A stretch of DNA of 64,000 bases from an uncultured Gammaproteobacteria bacterium (GCA_964603935.1 CAZRWL010000002.1:9210-73209), one strand, 5' to 3'; positions 21,465-31,064 are shown, counted from the first letter of the stretch. A program made the numbers and translations. The notes: a model not told the origin generated them from the sequence alone.

Positions 21465-22501
21465 CAAACAGAAAAGTTCTTAAAGAGATGATAGCGGAAC
21501 TAAAAAAAGCTCCTCCGATTTATCATCCATCTGATTTTTGGATAAAGCTAAACAAATTACACAACAGGCAGCTGCTATATGCCGGCTTTAATAATTTTAA
21601 AAGATCCATTATTGTACATTATTTTAATTGGAAAATTTTGCGTATCATCAGGGATCAATTTCTACCCATGTTTTCGGAGCTTGCTAAAGGAAATTTTAAA
21701 CCTATATTAAGCAGCACATTTAATAATCCCAAATCGAAATTCCGTCCCTACACAACATCTTTTAATCCCATATCCGCATTCATATATAAAGTTCATGTAT
21801 CTGCTTTAAAAGATTATGTTTATCGCAAAGATAAGCTAAAATTATTGGACCGCCTTACCGAACCTCCCATTGGCAACCCTTTTCTTGTTATTTATAATAA
21901 TAAGGAAATTTCTCAGGATTTATCTAACTCCGTGCACGAATTTTATAGCATAACAGAAAAAGTGCACATGCAAAAAATAAGGAATATAGCAGAAATAGGC
22001 GCCGGATACGGCAGATTGGCATATGTATTCTTAAACGCACAGCCTAAAGCTTCGTACTGCATCATCGATATTCCCCCTGCCCTCTTCATAGCTCAAGAAT
22101 ACCTTTCAAGAATATTTCCAAAAGAGAAAATTTTCCGCTTCAGACCATTCTCATCATTTAAGGAAATAAAAGAAGAGTTTGAAGCATCCCGAATTAAATT
22201 TATCATGGCCCATCAAATAGAGCTTTTGCCAGATAAATATTTCGACCTTATGATCACAATCAGCTCACTACACGAAATGACCAGGGAACAAATTAGAAAT
22301 TATCTTAATCAGGTCAACCGCTTAAGCAATGGATATTTTTATACCAAACAATGGATAATATCTTACGCAAAAGATAATTTCAGAATAAGAGAAAACGAAT
22401 ATCCGATACCTAAAAACTGGTCTGCAGTTTATAAGCATAGACATCCTATTCAAAGATTTTTTTTTGAAGCGCTTTACAAAATAAATAAGACAAAGTTATA
22501 A
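21461..22501 (+). CDS. Putative sugar O-methyltransferase-like protein (SAM-binding GxGxG)
   Basis: IAEIGAGYGRLAYVF Rossmann motif. The N-terminal PSDFW region resembles putative sugar O-methyltransferases found in O-antigen loci. Confidence 0.5.
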   Translation: MTNRKVLKEMIAELKKAPPIYHPSDFWIKLNKLHNRQLLYAGFNNFKRSIIVHYFNWKILRIIRDQFLPMFSELAKGNFKPILSSTFNNPKSKFRPYTTSFNPISAFIYKVHVSALKDYVYRKDKLKLLDRLTEPPIGNPFLVIYNNKEISQDLSNSVHEFYSITEKVHMQKIRNIAEIGAGYGRLAYVFLNAQPKASYCIIDIPPALFIAQEYLSRIFPKEKIFRFRPFSSFKEIKEEFEASRIKFIMAHQIELLPDKYFDLMITISSLHEMTREQIRNYLNQVNRLSNGYFYTKQWIISYAKDNFRIRENEYPIPKNWSAVYKHRHPIQRFFFEALYKINKTKL

Positions 22502-23731
22502 AATTTTTAATCGGGGAAAGGGTACAATAATTTTAGCATTCGGCTTTTTTAGATTTTTAATCTTTTTCATTATTGCATCTTTGTATGTCCATGCAAGAAG
22601 AACGAAATAATCAACGCTGTTATCGCTCTTGAGCTTATCCTCGGAAGTTATTGGAATATGAACGCCCGGCATAAACCTGTTTTGTTTGTAAGAAGTTGAA
22701 TCCGTTATGTATGAGATAACCGTATGATCAATTCCCGTAAAGTTTAACAATATTACGCTTTTTGCAGGTGCGCCAATCCCAATTATCGTCTTGTTTTCTT
22801 TTCTTAAGCTAACAAGCATATTCCTAAAATCTTTTTTAAATTTAAGTGCGCTGAAAACAAAATTTTCATATGCTTTTGCCTTATTTATCTTCATATCTTT
22901 TTCTTTTTTAAGAATATTTAGCAGTCTTTTTGCCTTAACCTTAACGCTGTCTCTATTTTTCACAAAAACTCTGATAGATCCCCCATGATTGTCTATTTCT
23001 TGCGCGTCATATATCTCTAAATCGTTTGACATAAAAAGGTGTTCCAGGGAAGTTAAAGAAAAATATGAGTAATGCTCATGATAAATAGAATCAAAAGTTT
23101 TTTTCGATATCATTTTCGGCAAATACCCAACTTCCATAACAAATGAGCCATTCCTACTAAGCAGGTTTTTAACCCCTTTTACAAAATCATGAAGATCGAT
23201 AATCTGAGCTAAGGTATTTGTAGCCGTTATCAAATCAAAACTCCCTTTATTCTTAAGTATATTTCTAGAAAGTTTTTCTGTAAAAAAATCAGAAACAACT
23301 TCTATGCCCTCTTTCTTAGTTTGCTCCATTATATTTTTTGCAGGATCAACACCTAGAACATTTACTCCTTCTTTTTTTAGAAAAGACAGCATTGTGCCAT
23401 CATTACATCCTATATCTAATACTCTTGATTTATCATTAAGTTCAAACTTTGCTTTACAAATTTTAGCCAATGATTGCAAATGCTCTTTGAGAGGCATCGA
23501 GGTTGAAGATATGTAATGATATGTGGAAAATAACTTATCTGCATTAACTATCGTATCTATTTGACCTAATCCGCAATTTTCACAAATACAAAAATTCAAG
23601 GGATATTTCTTCTCTTTTTTAGCTAATTCCTCTAAAGAGAGATAGTAATTAACCGCGGGAAATTTACCCAGCGACAAGACACTAATTATTTTAGACTTAC
23701 AAATTCTACAATTTTCAACTTTCATATCCAA
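22496..23731 (-). CDS. Zinc-ribbon + SAM methyltransferase + C-methyltransferase C-terminal domain protein (paralog of 11238-12467)
   Basis: CRICKSK...CENCGLGQ zinc ribbon, VLDIGCNDGTMLSF SAM motif, C-terminal ~150 aa alpha/beta domain. Confidence 0.7.
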   Translation of the reverse strand: MDMKVENCRICKSKIISVLSLGKFPAVNYYLSLEELAKKEKKYPLNFCICENCGLGQIDTIVNADKLFSTYHYISSTSMPLKEHLQSLAKICKAKFELNDKSRVLDIGCNDGTMLSFLKKEGVNVLGVDPAKNIMEQTKKEGIEVVSDFFTEKLSRNILKNKGSFDLITATNTLAQIIDLHDFVKGVKNLLSRNGSFVMEVGYLPKMISKKTFDSIYHEHYSYFSLTSLEHLFMSNDLEIYDAQEIDNHGGSIRVFVKNRDSVKVKAKRLLNILKKEKDMKINKAKAYENFVFSALKFKKDFRNMLVSLRKENKTIIGIGAPAKSVILLNFTGIDHTVISYITDSTSYKQNRFMPGVHIPITSEDKLKSDNSVDYFVLLAWTYKDAIMKKIKNLKKPNAKIIVPFPRLKIL

Positions 23732-24738
23732 AGCTTTAAGTACATATCAGTCACTTCATCCCAAGTATATTTTTTAACCCAAGCATAAGCATTATTAATC
23801 ATTTCATTCTTCTCTTTTGGATGTTTTAAAAAATAAAAAACCGATTCTGCAAGCTCACTCTCTAAGCCAAAAATATTAATAAATCTAGAAAAGGGTGCCA
23901 TTCTTAAATAATCTTCTTTCAAGGGATTATCGTAAACTGCAAAGACAAGCCTTCCGGCAGCCATTGCCTCCAGAATTGATAAATATCTGGACACAAACGC
24001 AAAATTATATTTAGAAAAATACTTTTCCGGTCTGCTCTGAAAACCTAAAACTTCAAAATTTTTTTCAAGTTCTTTTCTAAATTTTCCATCGCCTATTATT
24101 TTGAACTCAAAATCCGATATTTTTTTTCTTATTAACTTAACTGCGTCGGCGTAAGTTTTTATCCCGGTCTGCTCATCCAACCTGCCAATAAAAACTGCTG
24201 AGTTCTCATTTTTAATTTTTGACTTTTGATTTTTAATTTCGCCTACGCCGCCATAGGTAACATAGGCAGGCTTTGTTTTGTACCATTTGCTAATAAACTG
24301 CCCCACACAGATATTGCCATTAGACAGTCTCTCGGATAATTTATGCATAAAAACATGTTTTGATTTCAAAGGATAATCTTCGTAACCATGAAAAGTCGTA
24401 TATGCTTTTTTAAATGGAAATAAAAACCTAAAGGGCAAATACCAGAAGAAAACATCATGACAATGAACGATATCTGTTTTTTTAATTAAATCTATATTTT
24501 TAAGCAACCAAAACCAAATCCTAAATTTCTTAAACCAATTGTTTCCTCCAACCGGAATTCTATAAACATCAATTCCGTCAATATTCTCTTCTCCTGGAAC
24601 AGCTTCGACCAACAATTCCTCCGTAATTATTTTTACCTTGTGTCCTTTCGAAATCAACCTTCTAGATATCTCCAAAACATGCTTTTCAACTCCGCCAATG
24701 TGGGGATAAAACAAACGGGAAAAGAATAAAATATTCAC
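23722..24738 (-). CDS. GT4 family glycosyltransferase
   Basis: N-terminus ILFFSRLFYPHIGGVEKHV, C-terminus SILEAMAAGRLVFAVYDNPLKEDY. GTG start 2 nt downstream of the tRNA-Val 3' end. Confidence 0.75.
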   Translation of the reverse strand: MNILFFSRLFYPHIGGVEKHVLEISRRLISKGHKVKIITEELLVEAVPGEENIDGIDVYRIPVGGNNWFKKFRIWFWLLKNIDLIKKTDIVHCHDVFFWYLPFRFLFPFKKAYTTFHGYEDYPLKSKHVFMHKLSERLSNGNICVGQFISKWYKTKPAYVTYGGVGEIKNQKSKIKNENSAVFIGRLDEQTGIKTYADAVKLIRKKISDFEFKIIGDGKFRKELEKNFEVLGFQSRPEKYFSKYNFAFVSRYLSILEAMAAGRLVFAVYDNPLKEDYLRMAPFSRFINIFGLESELAESVFYFLKHPKEKNEMINNAYAWVKKYTWDEVTDMYLKLWI

Positions 24739-24740
24739 AG

Positions 24741-24812
24741 TGGACCCGAGAGGACTCGAACCTCTGACTTCTTCAATGTGAATGAAGCGTTCTACCGCTG
24801 AACCACGGGTCC
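24741..24812 (-). tRNA. tRNA-Val (anticodon CAC)
   Basis: The reverse complement is GGACCCGTGGTTCAGCGGTAGAACGCTTCATTCACATTGAAGAAGTCAGAGGTTCGAGTCCTCTCGGGTCCA. It has a 7-bp acceptor stem, D-loop AGCGGTAGA, anticodon loop TTCACAT and GTTCGAGTC in the T-loop. CCA is not encoded. Confidence 0.9.
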
Positions 24813-24840
24813 AAACACTATCATTTTACAACATCTCCTC

Positions 24841-25440
24841 TTGATTGACAAAGAAAAGGAAATCATAGACAATAAACTCATGGAGTTTTTGAGAAAAACA
24901 TACGCCTTTTTGATGGATACAGTCCAGACTCTTGTTCTAATTTCTGCTGCTTTTCTTGTTGTATACGTTTTTTTGTTCAGGCCATTTCAGGTTAGCGGAA
25001 ATTCTATGCATCCGACATTCCTAAACAAAGAGTATATCCTGACCAATTTGATAACTTTGCGATTTGGCAAACCAAAATTAGGGGATGTTATAGTATTCAA
25101 AGCTCCAAACGACCCGGAAAAAGATTATATAAAACGCGTAATAGGTATTCCAGGAGATACGGTTTTTATTAGGAATGGTGAAGTATATGTAAATAATAAT
25201 TTGCTTAATGAACGCGCATACCTTCAGCCAACAGTCAAAACATACGGAGGGTCATTCCTCAAAGAAGAGCAATCGGTCACCGTACCAGCTGAATCTTATT
25301 TTGTAATAGGAGATAACCGTCCCGGCAGTTCCGACTCAAGGGAATGGGGATTTCTTCCTGCCAAAAATTTAATTGGACAATCCTTTTTTGTCTATTGGCC
25401 TTTGGACAAAATACAAGTAATTAAAAACCCTTATAGGTAG
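24841..25440 (+). CDS. lepB: Signal peptidase I (S26 family)
   Basis: GNSMHPTF (catalytic Ser box), YIKRVIGIPGDTV (Lys box), GDNRPGSSDSR. The real start is possibly the ATG at 24880. Confidence 0.85.
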   Translation: MIDKEKEIIDNKLMEFLRKTYAFLMDTVQTLVLISAAFLVVYVFLFRPFQVSGNSMHPTFLNKEYILTNLITLRFGKPKLGDVIVFKAPNDPEKDYIKRVIGIPGDTVFIRNGEVYVNNNLLNERAYLQPTVKTYGGSFLKEEQSVTVPAESYFVIGDNRPGSSDSREWGFLPAKNLIGQSFFVYWPLDKIQVIKNPYR

Positions 25441-25446
25441 CATCCA

Positions 25447-26274
25447 TCATTCTCCGGACAGAATTTTGCTTATTGTCTTTATTTTAGGACCTGTAATCTC
25501 CACATCTCCGTTTACTTCAATTAATATTCTTGCTTTCTTGCTTGACTGAAAAATCGCAACCCTGTCAAGCTTGTATTTTTTGGCAATATTTTGCGCCATT
25601 AAATCCAACTCAGGAACCCAAAGCTTGTCTGTTACCGCGCGAGGCTCTCTTTTCTCAATCTCCCCTTTAACTTTTCTAGCCTCCTCTTCCGTTTGTCTGA
25701 CAGTGCTATTTTCCCGAAGTATCCTTCTAAACAAATCGAGCATCAAATTCGTATCTCCAAGCGAAATAAGAGGACGGACATGCCCTTCCGTAATTACTCC
25801 TGCGACAAGAGCGTCTTTAATTGCATCGGGAAGAGACAATAATCTAATCGTATTTGAAACTGTAGGAGCGCTTTTCCCAACCCTTCTGGCAACCTCATTT
25901 GTTCCCATACCAAATTCATCAATTAATCTTTTGTATGCAAGAGCTCTTTCGATTGGATTAAGGTCTTCTCTTTGGACATTCTCAACAATAGACATTTCAA
26001 GCATGCCTTGAGGGGTAGTGTTTTTGACCACAACCGGCACTTTGGAAAGCCCCAAAATCTTCGCCGCTCTCCAACGCCTTTCCCCAGCGATAATCTGATA
26101 TCCTGCAGGCGTTCTGGCAACAACCAGAGGCTCAAGAATACCCTGTTCTCTTATTGAATCAACTAAGTCGTTCAGAGAAGCCGGCGCTATTACTCCACGG
26201 GGCTGAAGAGGATTGGCTTGAAGCATGTTGATTTCAAGCTCATGAATTGTCTCGTTCGTATTAGTATTGTCCAT
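25447..26274 (-). CDS. parB: ParB/Spo0J-like chromosome partitioning protein (no adjacent parA)
   Basis: GERRWRAAKILGL ParB box, followed by an HTH region. Confidence 0.8.
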   Translation of the reverse strand: MDNTNTNETIHELEINMLQANPLQPRGVIAPASLNDLVDSIREQGILEPLVVARTPAGYQIIAGERRWRAAKILGLSKVPVVVKNTTPQGMLEMSIVENVQREDLNPIERALAYKRLIDEFGMGTNEVARRVGKSAPTVSNTIRLLSLPDAIKDALVAGVITEGHVRPLISLGDTNLMLDLFRRILRENSTVRQTEEEARKVKGEIEKREPRAVTDKLWVPELDLMAQNIAKKYKLDRVAIFQSSKKARILIEVNGDVEITGPKIKTISKILSGE

Positions 26275-26283
26275 ACACAGTTG

Positions 26284-26538
26284 TTACTGCAGGCTTAGAA
26301 CCTCCGCAATTCTCCTGCCTTTTGCAATTTTAAAATTTACAACACCGTCTCTTACGGCAAAAAGAGTGTAATCATTCCCCATAGAAACACCCTGTCCTGC
26401 AAAAAGTTTCGTTCCTTTCTGCCGTATAATAATATTGCCTTTTAGAATCTTAGCTCCTCCATATATCTTAACGCCGAGACGTTTTGACCTGGAGTCCCTA
26501 TTTCCTTTTACCGAACCTTGTGCTTTTGTATGAGCCAT
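26284..26538 (-). CDS. rpmA: 50S ribosomal protein L27
   Basis: [28 protein letters not shown]... Confidence 0.95.
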   Translation of the reverse strand: MAHTKAQGSVKGNRDSRSKRLGVKIYGGAKILKGNIIIRQKGTKLFAGQGVSMGNDYTLFAVRDGVVNFKIAKGRRIAEVLSLQ

Positions 26539-26569
26539 ATTGTTGTCGTGAAAACTATTTTATATTACG

Positions 26570-26896
26570 TTAAATTTTCACAGATGTCAAGATGTCAAGA
26601 ATTTTAATTTTTGTTAAATATTGCCTGTGTCCCGTTACTCTTCTGTATTTAGCTTTGGCCTTAAATTTGGAAACTCTGATTTTGTCGCCTTTCAAATGCT
26701 CCAGAACTTCGGCCTTAACCGTAATTTTTGAAACTTTAGGCTTACCTATTTTTAGAGCTCCGTTGGAAACATACAAAAGAACGTCCTCAATGGAAAATTT
26801 TTCCCCAACTTTAGGAGTAAGTCTTTCTACCTCAATTATCGTGTCTTTGGAAACCTTATACTGCTTGCCGCCTGTTCTTATGATCGCGTATTCCAT
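26570..26896 (-). CDS. rplU: 50S ribosomal protein L21
   Basis: MEYAIIRTGGKQYKV... Confidence 0.9.
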   Translation of the reverse strand: MEYAIIRTGGKQYKVSKDTIIEVERLTPKVGEKFSIEDVLLYVSNGALKIGKPKVSKITVKAEVLEHLKGDKIRVSKFKAKAKYRRVTGHRQYLTKIKILDILTSVKI

Positions 26897-26919
26897 AAAA
26901 ATTGATTATACCAAAAATT

Positions 26920-27996
26920 TTACCTAATTTCCAGAACTCTTTTCGAAACTTGGCGTTTGCTCATTGAGCAAAGTATACCAAGAAGAATAAAATTTGAAAG
27001 AAGCGAACTTCCTCCGTAAGAAACGAAGGGAAGCGTAATCCCGACGATTGGCAAAAGACCTATATTCATGCCTATATTTATAAAAAACTGAAAAAAAATC
27101 AAAGAGAAAGCCACAATTGAAAAAACCTTACAAAATAAATCATCTTGATTCAAGAAAATCATAAAAATTTTGTATAGTAAAAACACAAAAGTTAAAATCA
27201 TCAAGACCGATCCAATCATCCCTAATTCCTCCGAGAATGTTGCAAAGATAAAATCGGTGTGTCTCTCCGGCAAAAATCTAAGAACCGATTGAGTCCCAAG
27301 TCCCAAGCCCCGGCCGAAGAGCATTCCCGAACCAACTGTGATAATTGACTGAATTGCGTTATAGGAAAATCCTAAAGGGTCGCTGGGATTGAAAAAGGTG
27401 AAGATCCGCTGTTTTTGGTAATCATGTAAAAACCTAAAAAATATTGGAAAAATGCCAATCACAAAAATTAACGCTCCGGCAAAAAATCGCAAAGGAAAAC
27501 CAAAGACAATAAAAGCTAAAACAGCAGATAACAAGTATACGGAAGCGCTTCCCAAATCCGGCTGAAGAAATATCAGGAAAAATATGGGCATCAAAAAACA
27601 CGTTCCCAGAAAAAGAGTTTTCAAAGAATAATTATTTCGGGAAGAAAGATATGAAGAGAGACAAATTGCCAAAAAAGGTTTCAAGAGTTCTGAAAATTGT
27701 ACTCTGAAACCCAAAAGCTCTAACCACCTCACCGAACCCCTGCTTTCAATCCCAACAACCAACACTATAAGCAATAAAACAAGGGAAATCGCATATATCG
27801 GTATCGAGTACAACTTAATAGCCTCATAATTAGTCTGGGAAAAAAACAAAAAAGCAATAATCCCAATTATAAGGAAAAAAAACTGATTTTTAAAAAGCGA
27901 GAAATCGATTGAAAAAAGAGTGGTAAGGCTTAGAATAACCAAAATAACCACAGGAGCTATCAGGCTCCAATCGACATCGAACAGGTATTTTTTCAT
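26920..27996 (-). CDS. rodA: SEDS family peptidoglycan glycosyltransferase (RodA-like)
   Basis: LPERHTDFIFATFSEELGMIGS and 10 TM helices. The second SEDS gene in the window (41124-42191) sits in the dcw cluster, so this copy is probably RodA. Confidence 0.75.
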   Translation of the reverse strand: MKKYLFDVDWSLIAPVVILVILSLTTLFSIDFSLFKNQFFFLIIGIIAFLFFSQTNYEAIKLYSIPIYAISLVLLLIVLVVGIESRGSVRWLELLGFRVQFSELLKPFLAICLSSYLSSRNNYSLKTLFLGTCFLMPIFFLIFLQPDLGSASVYLLSAVLAFIVFGFPLRFFAGALIFVIGIFPIFFRFLHDYQKQRIFTFFNPSDPLGFSYNAIQSIITVGSGMLFGRGLGLGTQSVLRFLPERHTDFIFATFSEELGMIGSVLMILTFVFLLYKIFMIFLNQDDLFCKVFSIVAFSLIFFQFFINIGMNIGLLPIVGITLPFVSYGGSSLLSNFILLGILCSMSKRQVSKRVLEIR

Positions 27997-30821
27997 TTAC
28001 TAACAACCAGAAACTCATCTCCCTTTTGCAAATCCCCGACTAAGGCATTTTTCTTTATGTAATCTTCAAATGCCGCGGGCCAGCTTTTCAAAACAACATT
28101 TACTTTTTCATCTAACGTTGTCTCTAAGCGCTTCCTTTCTTTCTGAATTTCTCTGACAATATCTCTTGCCTCTCCTTCTTCTTTTAATTGCTTTGTTAAA
28201 CTTGTATCAAGAACAACCGACATCCCTCCTTTTCCTTCTTCGAAAATTATTTTTTTTATGTTCGTTTCATCTTTAACTAGACATAACACCGCATCTCTAA
28301 TTTTTAATTTCGAATTATAAATTTTTAATTTAGCTAAGGGCTGTCTAACCTTAATCCCAGCTTCTTTCCTTTTCGCGTGAGCCATTTCTACTATTTTTCT
28401 CGCCAAATCCATTTCTTTTTCTAATTTATCATCGATTAATCCAACATCAGCTTTTGGAAAATTTGATAAATGCACAGATTCCTCCCCTGTTAGATTTCTG
28501 TATATTTCTTCCGTAATAAATGGGATTAACGGGGCAAGAACCTGACAGTATGTTTTCAAAACAAAATACAAAGTGCTATAAAAACTATCTTTATCTTTCA
28601 GGTCATCTGCAGCCGGACCGACCCTATCCCTGCTTCTTCTTAAATACCACAAAGATAAATCATTAATAAAAACCAACGCTTGATCAACTATTTCAGGCGT
28701 ATTGAATGCTTCGTATCCTTTGTCAATTATATTTTTAACGTTACCGTTAAACCTTGACAGTATCCACTTATCCAAAACTTTTTCTGATTTTAAATCAATT
28801 TCCGAAAGAACCCACTTATCTATAAGCGCATTGGAAACAAAAAAATTATAAACATTCCAAAGTATCAGAAGTATTCCCCGCACTTGATTTCTGTATGGAT
28901 CTTCTGCGATCAGCATGTCTTCTCCGTTCATAACAGGACTGCCCATTAGATAAAGTCTCAAAGCGTCTCCTCCGTATTTCTCAATCATTTCTTTCGGATC
29001 AGGATAGTTGCCGTAATTTTTGCTCATTTTTCTTCCATCTGTTCCCAAAACAACTCCTTCAACCAAAACATTTTTTGCCAGAATATTTAATCCGTCTTTT
29101 CTTAAATCCAAAGCATTAGCTATGATATGCAAAATCGAAAACCATGCCCTGATTTGTCCTGTATATTCCCCTATAAAATCAGGCGGATAAAATTCCTCTA
29201 TCTTTTCTGCAGTATTAAACGGATAATGTCTTTCTCCGAAAGAAGCGCTGCCTGCCTCTATCCAGCTGTCCAAGACTTCAGGAACTCTTTTGGCAGTTTC
29301 TCCGCACTTTGCGCAATTAACGGTAACCGCATCAATTTCCGGTTTGTGTAAATCCGTAATTTTTTTGCCTGATTTTTCTTCCAGCTCCTTGATTGATCCC
29401 GGAACAAAACGTTCCCCGCATCCGCACTCCCAAACAGGAATAGGCGAACCCCAAAATCTGCTTCTTGAAATGTTCCAGTCCGGCGCGTTCTCAATACTTT
29501 TCGCAAATCTTCCATGCTTAAAATGGCCCGGATACCAATTGACAGAATCATTGGATTTTCGCATTTTGTCTTTTAGCTTATTCAGATCAACATACCACGC
29601 ATTTTGAGGAGAATAGTAAAGTCTGGTATGGCATCGCCAACACAAAGGGACATTATGCATCAATACTTCATCCTTATAGATAAGTCCTCTTTTTTTCAAA
29701 TCATTGTTAACTGCTTTATTGGCTTTCAAGTAATACATTCCGCCGAACTGCGGCACTTCTTTTCTTATTGTCCCCTCCTCATCAACGTGCATTTCAATAT
29801 GAATGTTATTTTCAAGTGATGCCTTCAAATCTTCTTCCCCATACGCTGCAATCGTTACCACTCCGGTTCCTTCTTCCGCAGTTACAAAATCTCCCGGAAT
29901 AATCACGAAAGCTTTTTTTCCTTCATCTATTTCGTAGTAATCGTAATGAGGAATAAATTTTTTCCCAATCAACTTTTCCCCCTTAAATTCCGCTACAATG
30001 TCATGCTGAACTTGTTTCAGCATCTTAATTGTTGATTTAGCGAGTATATAATATTCGTTTCCCTCTCTCACTTTTACATACGTTAATTTTGGGTTAACTG
30101 CAAGAGCAGGAGTAACGATCTTATTCCAGGGAGTAGTTGACCAAGCAAGAATATAGGTATTTTTTTCATCTTTTAATTCATATTTATAAACGGTTGCTGC
30201 GTCCGGAACTTCCTTGTAATTGTCTGCGTCCATCGCCACTTCAAAGTTGGAAATCGGAGTTGAACAATGAGGGCAATAGAGGGAAACGCGGAAACCTTTA
30301 TAAACATATCCCTTTTCGTACATTTGCTTGAAAACCCACATTACGGATTCCATGTAATCGATATCCATTGTTCTGTAAGCGTTCTTAAAATCCACCCAGC
30401 GTCCGATATGATCAATGTACCATTCCCATTCGCCTGAAACATCTTTGACATAAAGCTTGCATTCGTCAACAAATTTCTTCACTCCGACTTTTTCTGCAAT
30501 TTCTTTTTTGCTTTTAAGACCTAATTTCACTTCAACCTTGTTTTCTGCAGGCAAACCATGACAATCCCATCCCCAAACTCTTCTGACTTGGTATCCCTGC
30601 ATGGTTTTATAGCGGGGAAACAAGTCTTTCGGAAGACTTGACAGAAGGCTTCCGTAATGAGGCATCCCTGTTACGAAAGGCGGACCGTCTAAAATAGTCC
30701 ATTTGCCCTTTGGCGCTTTTTTTGCGACAGATTTTTCAAAAATTTTATTCTCCTTCCAGTATTTTAATATTTCCTCTTCGAGTTTTGGAAAATTTACGTT
30801 GGGATTTACAGGCTTAAACAT
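27993..30821 (-). CDS. ileS: Isoleucine--tRNA ligase
   Basis: PPFVTGMPHYGS (HIGH-type motif), GRKMSKNYGN (KMSKS), 942 aa with editing domain. Confidence 0.9.
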   Translation of the reverse strand: MFKPVNPNVNFPKLEEEILKYWKENKIFEKSVAKKAPKGKWTILDGPPFVTGMPHYGSLLSSLPKDLFPRYKTMQGYQVRRVWGWDCHGLPAENKVEVKLGLKSKKEIAEKVGVKKFVDECKLYVKDVSGEWEWYIDHIGRWVDFKNAYRTMDIDYMESVMWVFKQMYEKGYVYKGFRVSLYCPHCSTPISNFEVAMDADNYKEVPDAATVYKYELKDEKNTYILAWSTTPWNKIVTPALAVNPKLTYVKVREGNEYYILAKSTIKMLKQVQHDIVAEFKGEKLIGKKFIPHYDYYEIDEGKKAFVIIPGDFVTAEEGTGVVTIAAYGEEDLKASLENNIHIEMHVDEEGTIRKEVPQFGGMYYLKANKAVNNDLKKRGLIYKDEVLMHNVPLCWRCHTRLYYSPQNAWYVDLNKLKDKMRKSNDSVNWYPGHFKHGRFAKSIENAPDWNISRSRFWGSPIPVWECGCGERFVPGSIKELEEKSGKKITDLHKPEIDAVTVNCAKCGETAKRVPEVLDSWIEAGSASFGERHYPFNTAEKIEEFYPPDFIGEYTGQIRAWFSILHIIANALDLRKDGLNILAKNVLVEGVVLGTDGRKMSKNYGNYPDPKEMIEKYGGDALRLYLMGSPVMNGEDMLIAEDPYRNQVRGILLILWNVYNFFVSNALIDKWVLSEIDLKSEKVLDKWILSRFNGNVKNIIDKGYEAFNTPEIVDQALVFINDLSLWYLRRSRDRVGPAADDLKDKDSFYSTLYFVLKTYCQVLAPLIPFITEEIYRNLTGEESVHLSNFPKADVGLIDDKLEKEMDLARKIVEMAHAKRKEAGIKVRQPLAKLKIYNSKLKIRDAVLCLVKDETNIKKIIFEEGKGGMSVVLDTSLTKQLKEEGEARDIVREIQKERKRLETTLDEKVNVVLKSWPAAFEDYIKKNALVGDLQKGDEFLVVSK

Positions 30822-30828
30822 AAGGTTA

Positions 30829-30858
30829 ATTGTATCCTAAAAGCTAATTTTGTTCAAG
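30829..30858 (-). promoter_or_regulatory. ileS promoter: TTGAAC - 18 nt - TACAAT, then 7 nt to the ATG (predicted leaderless transcript)
   Basis: Minus-strand reading is TTGAACaaaattagcttttaggaTACAATtaaccttATG. Confidence 0.5.
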
Positions 30859-31035
30859 ACAGCTTACTGACGTAATTCAAATATTGAACAGTCTCTTTAT
30901 TTATTATAGAATTACTGGATATTATGGGACATATAGAACGCGGAAAATGCCGCGGAGAAAGCCAAAGAGTGTAATGTTGCAAAAAGTGAAGGAAAACCCC
31001 ATTGAAGATTGTCAGTCAGGATTATAACCTCTCAC

Positions 31036-31064
31036 TTGACAAAGACTGTCTTATAGTATATAAT
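31036..31064 (+). promoter_or_regulatory. Perfect-consensus sigma70 promoter TTGACA - 17 nt - TATAAT, 10 nt upstream of the 31075 ATG (about 3-4 nt leader)
   Basis: TTGACA at 31036-31041, TATAAT at 31059-31064. Confidence 0.6.

Noticed and set aside
24741-24840. tRNA-Val as an integration site of a genomic island (glycan locus)
   Set aside because: No integrase gene was found in the window, and no direct repeat of the tRNA 3' end is visible. The adjacent genes are ordinary glycosyltransferases on the same strand.
25571-26157. ORFs 25571-26011 (+), 25923-26135 (-) and 25972-26157 (+) overlapping parB
   Set aside because: The ParB frame contains the conserved GERRWRAAKILGL box. The others are out-of-frame or antisense shadows.
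26581-26597. Tandem GATGTCAA x2 between rpmA and rplU
   Set aside because: There are only two copies of an 8-mer in a 31-bp spacer, which is most likely chance. No CRISPR-like periodicity occurs anywhere in the window.
29127-30331. Several 60-105 aa ORFs on both strands inside ileS
   Set aside because: IleS is continuous over 942 aa with HIGH and KMSKS motifs. The overlapping ORFs are shadows.
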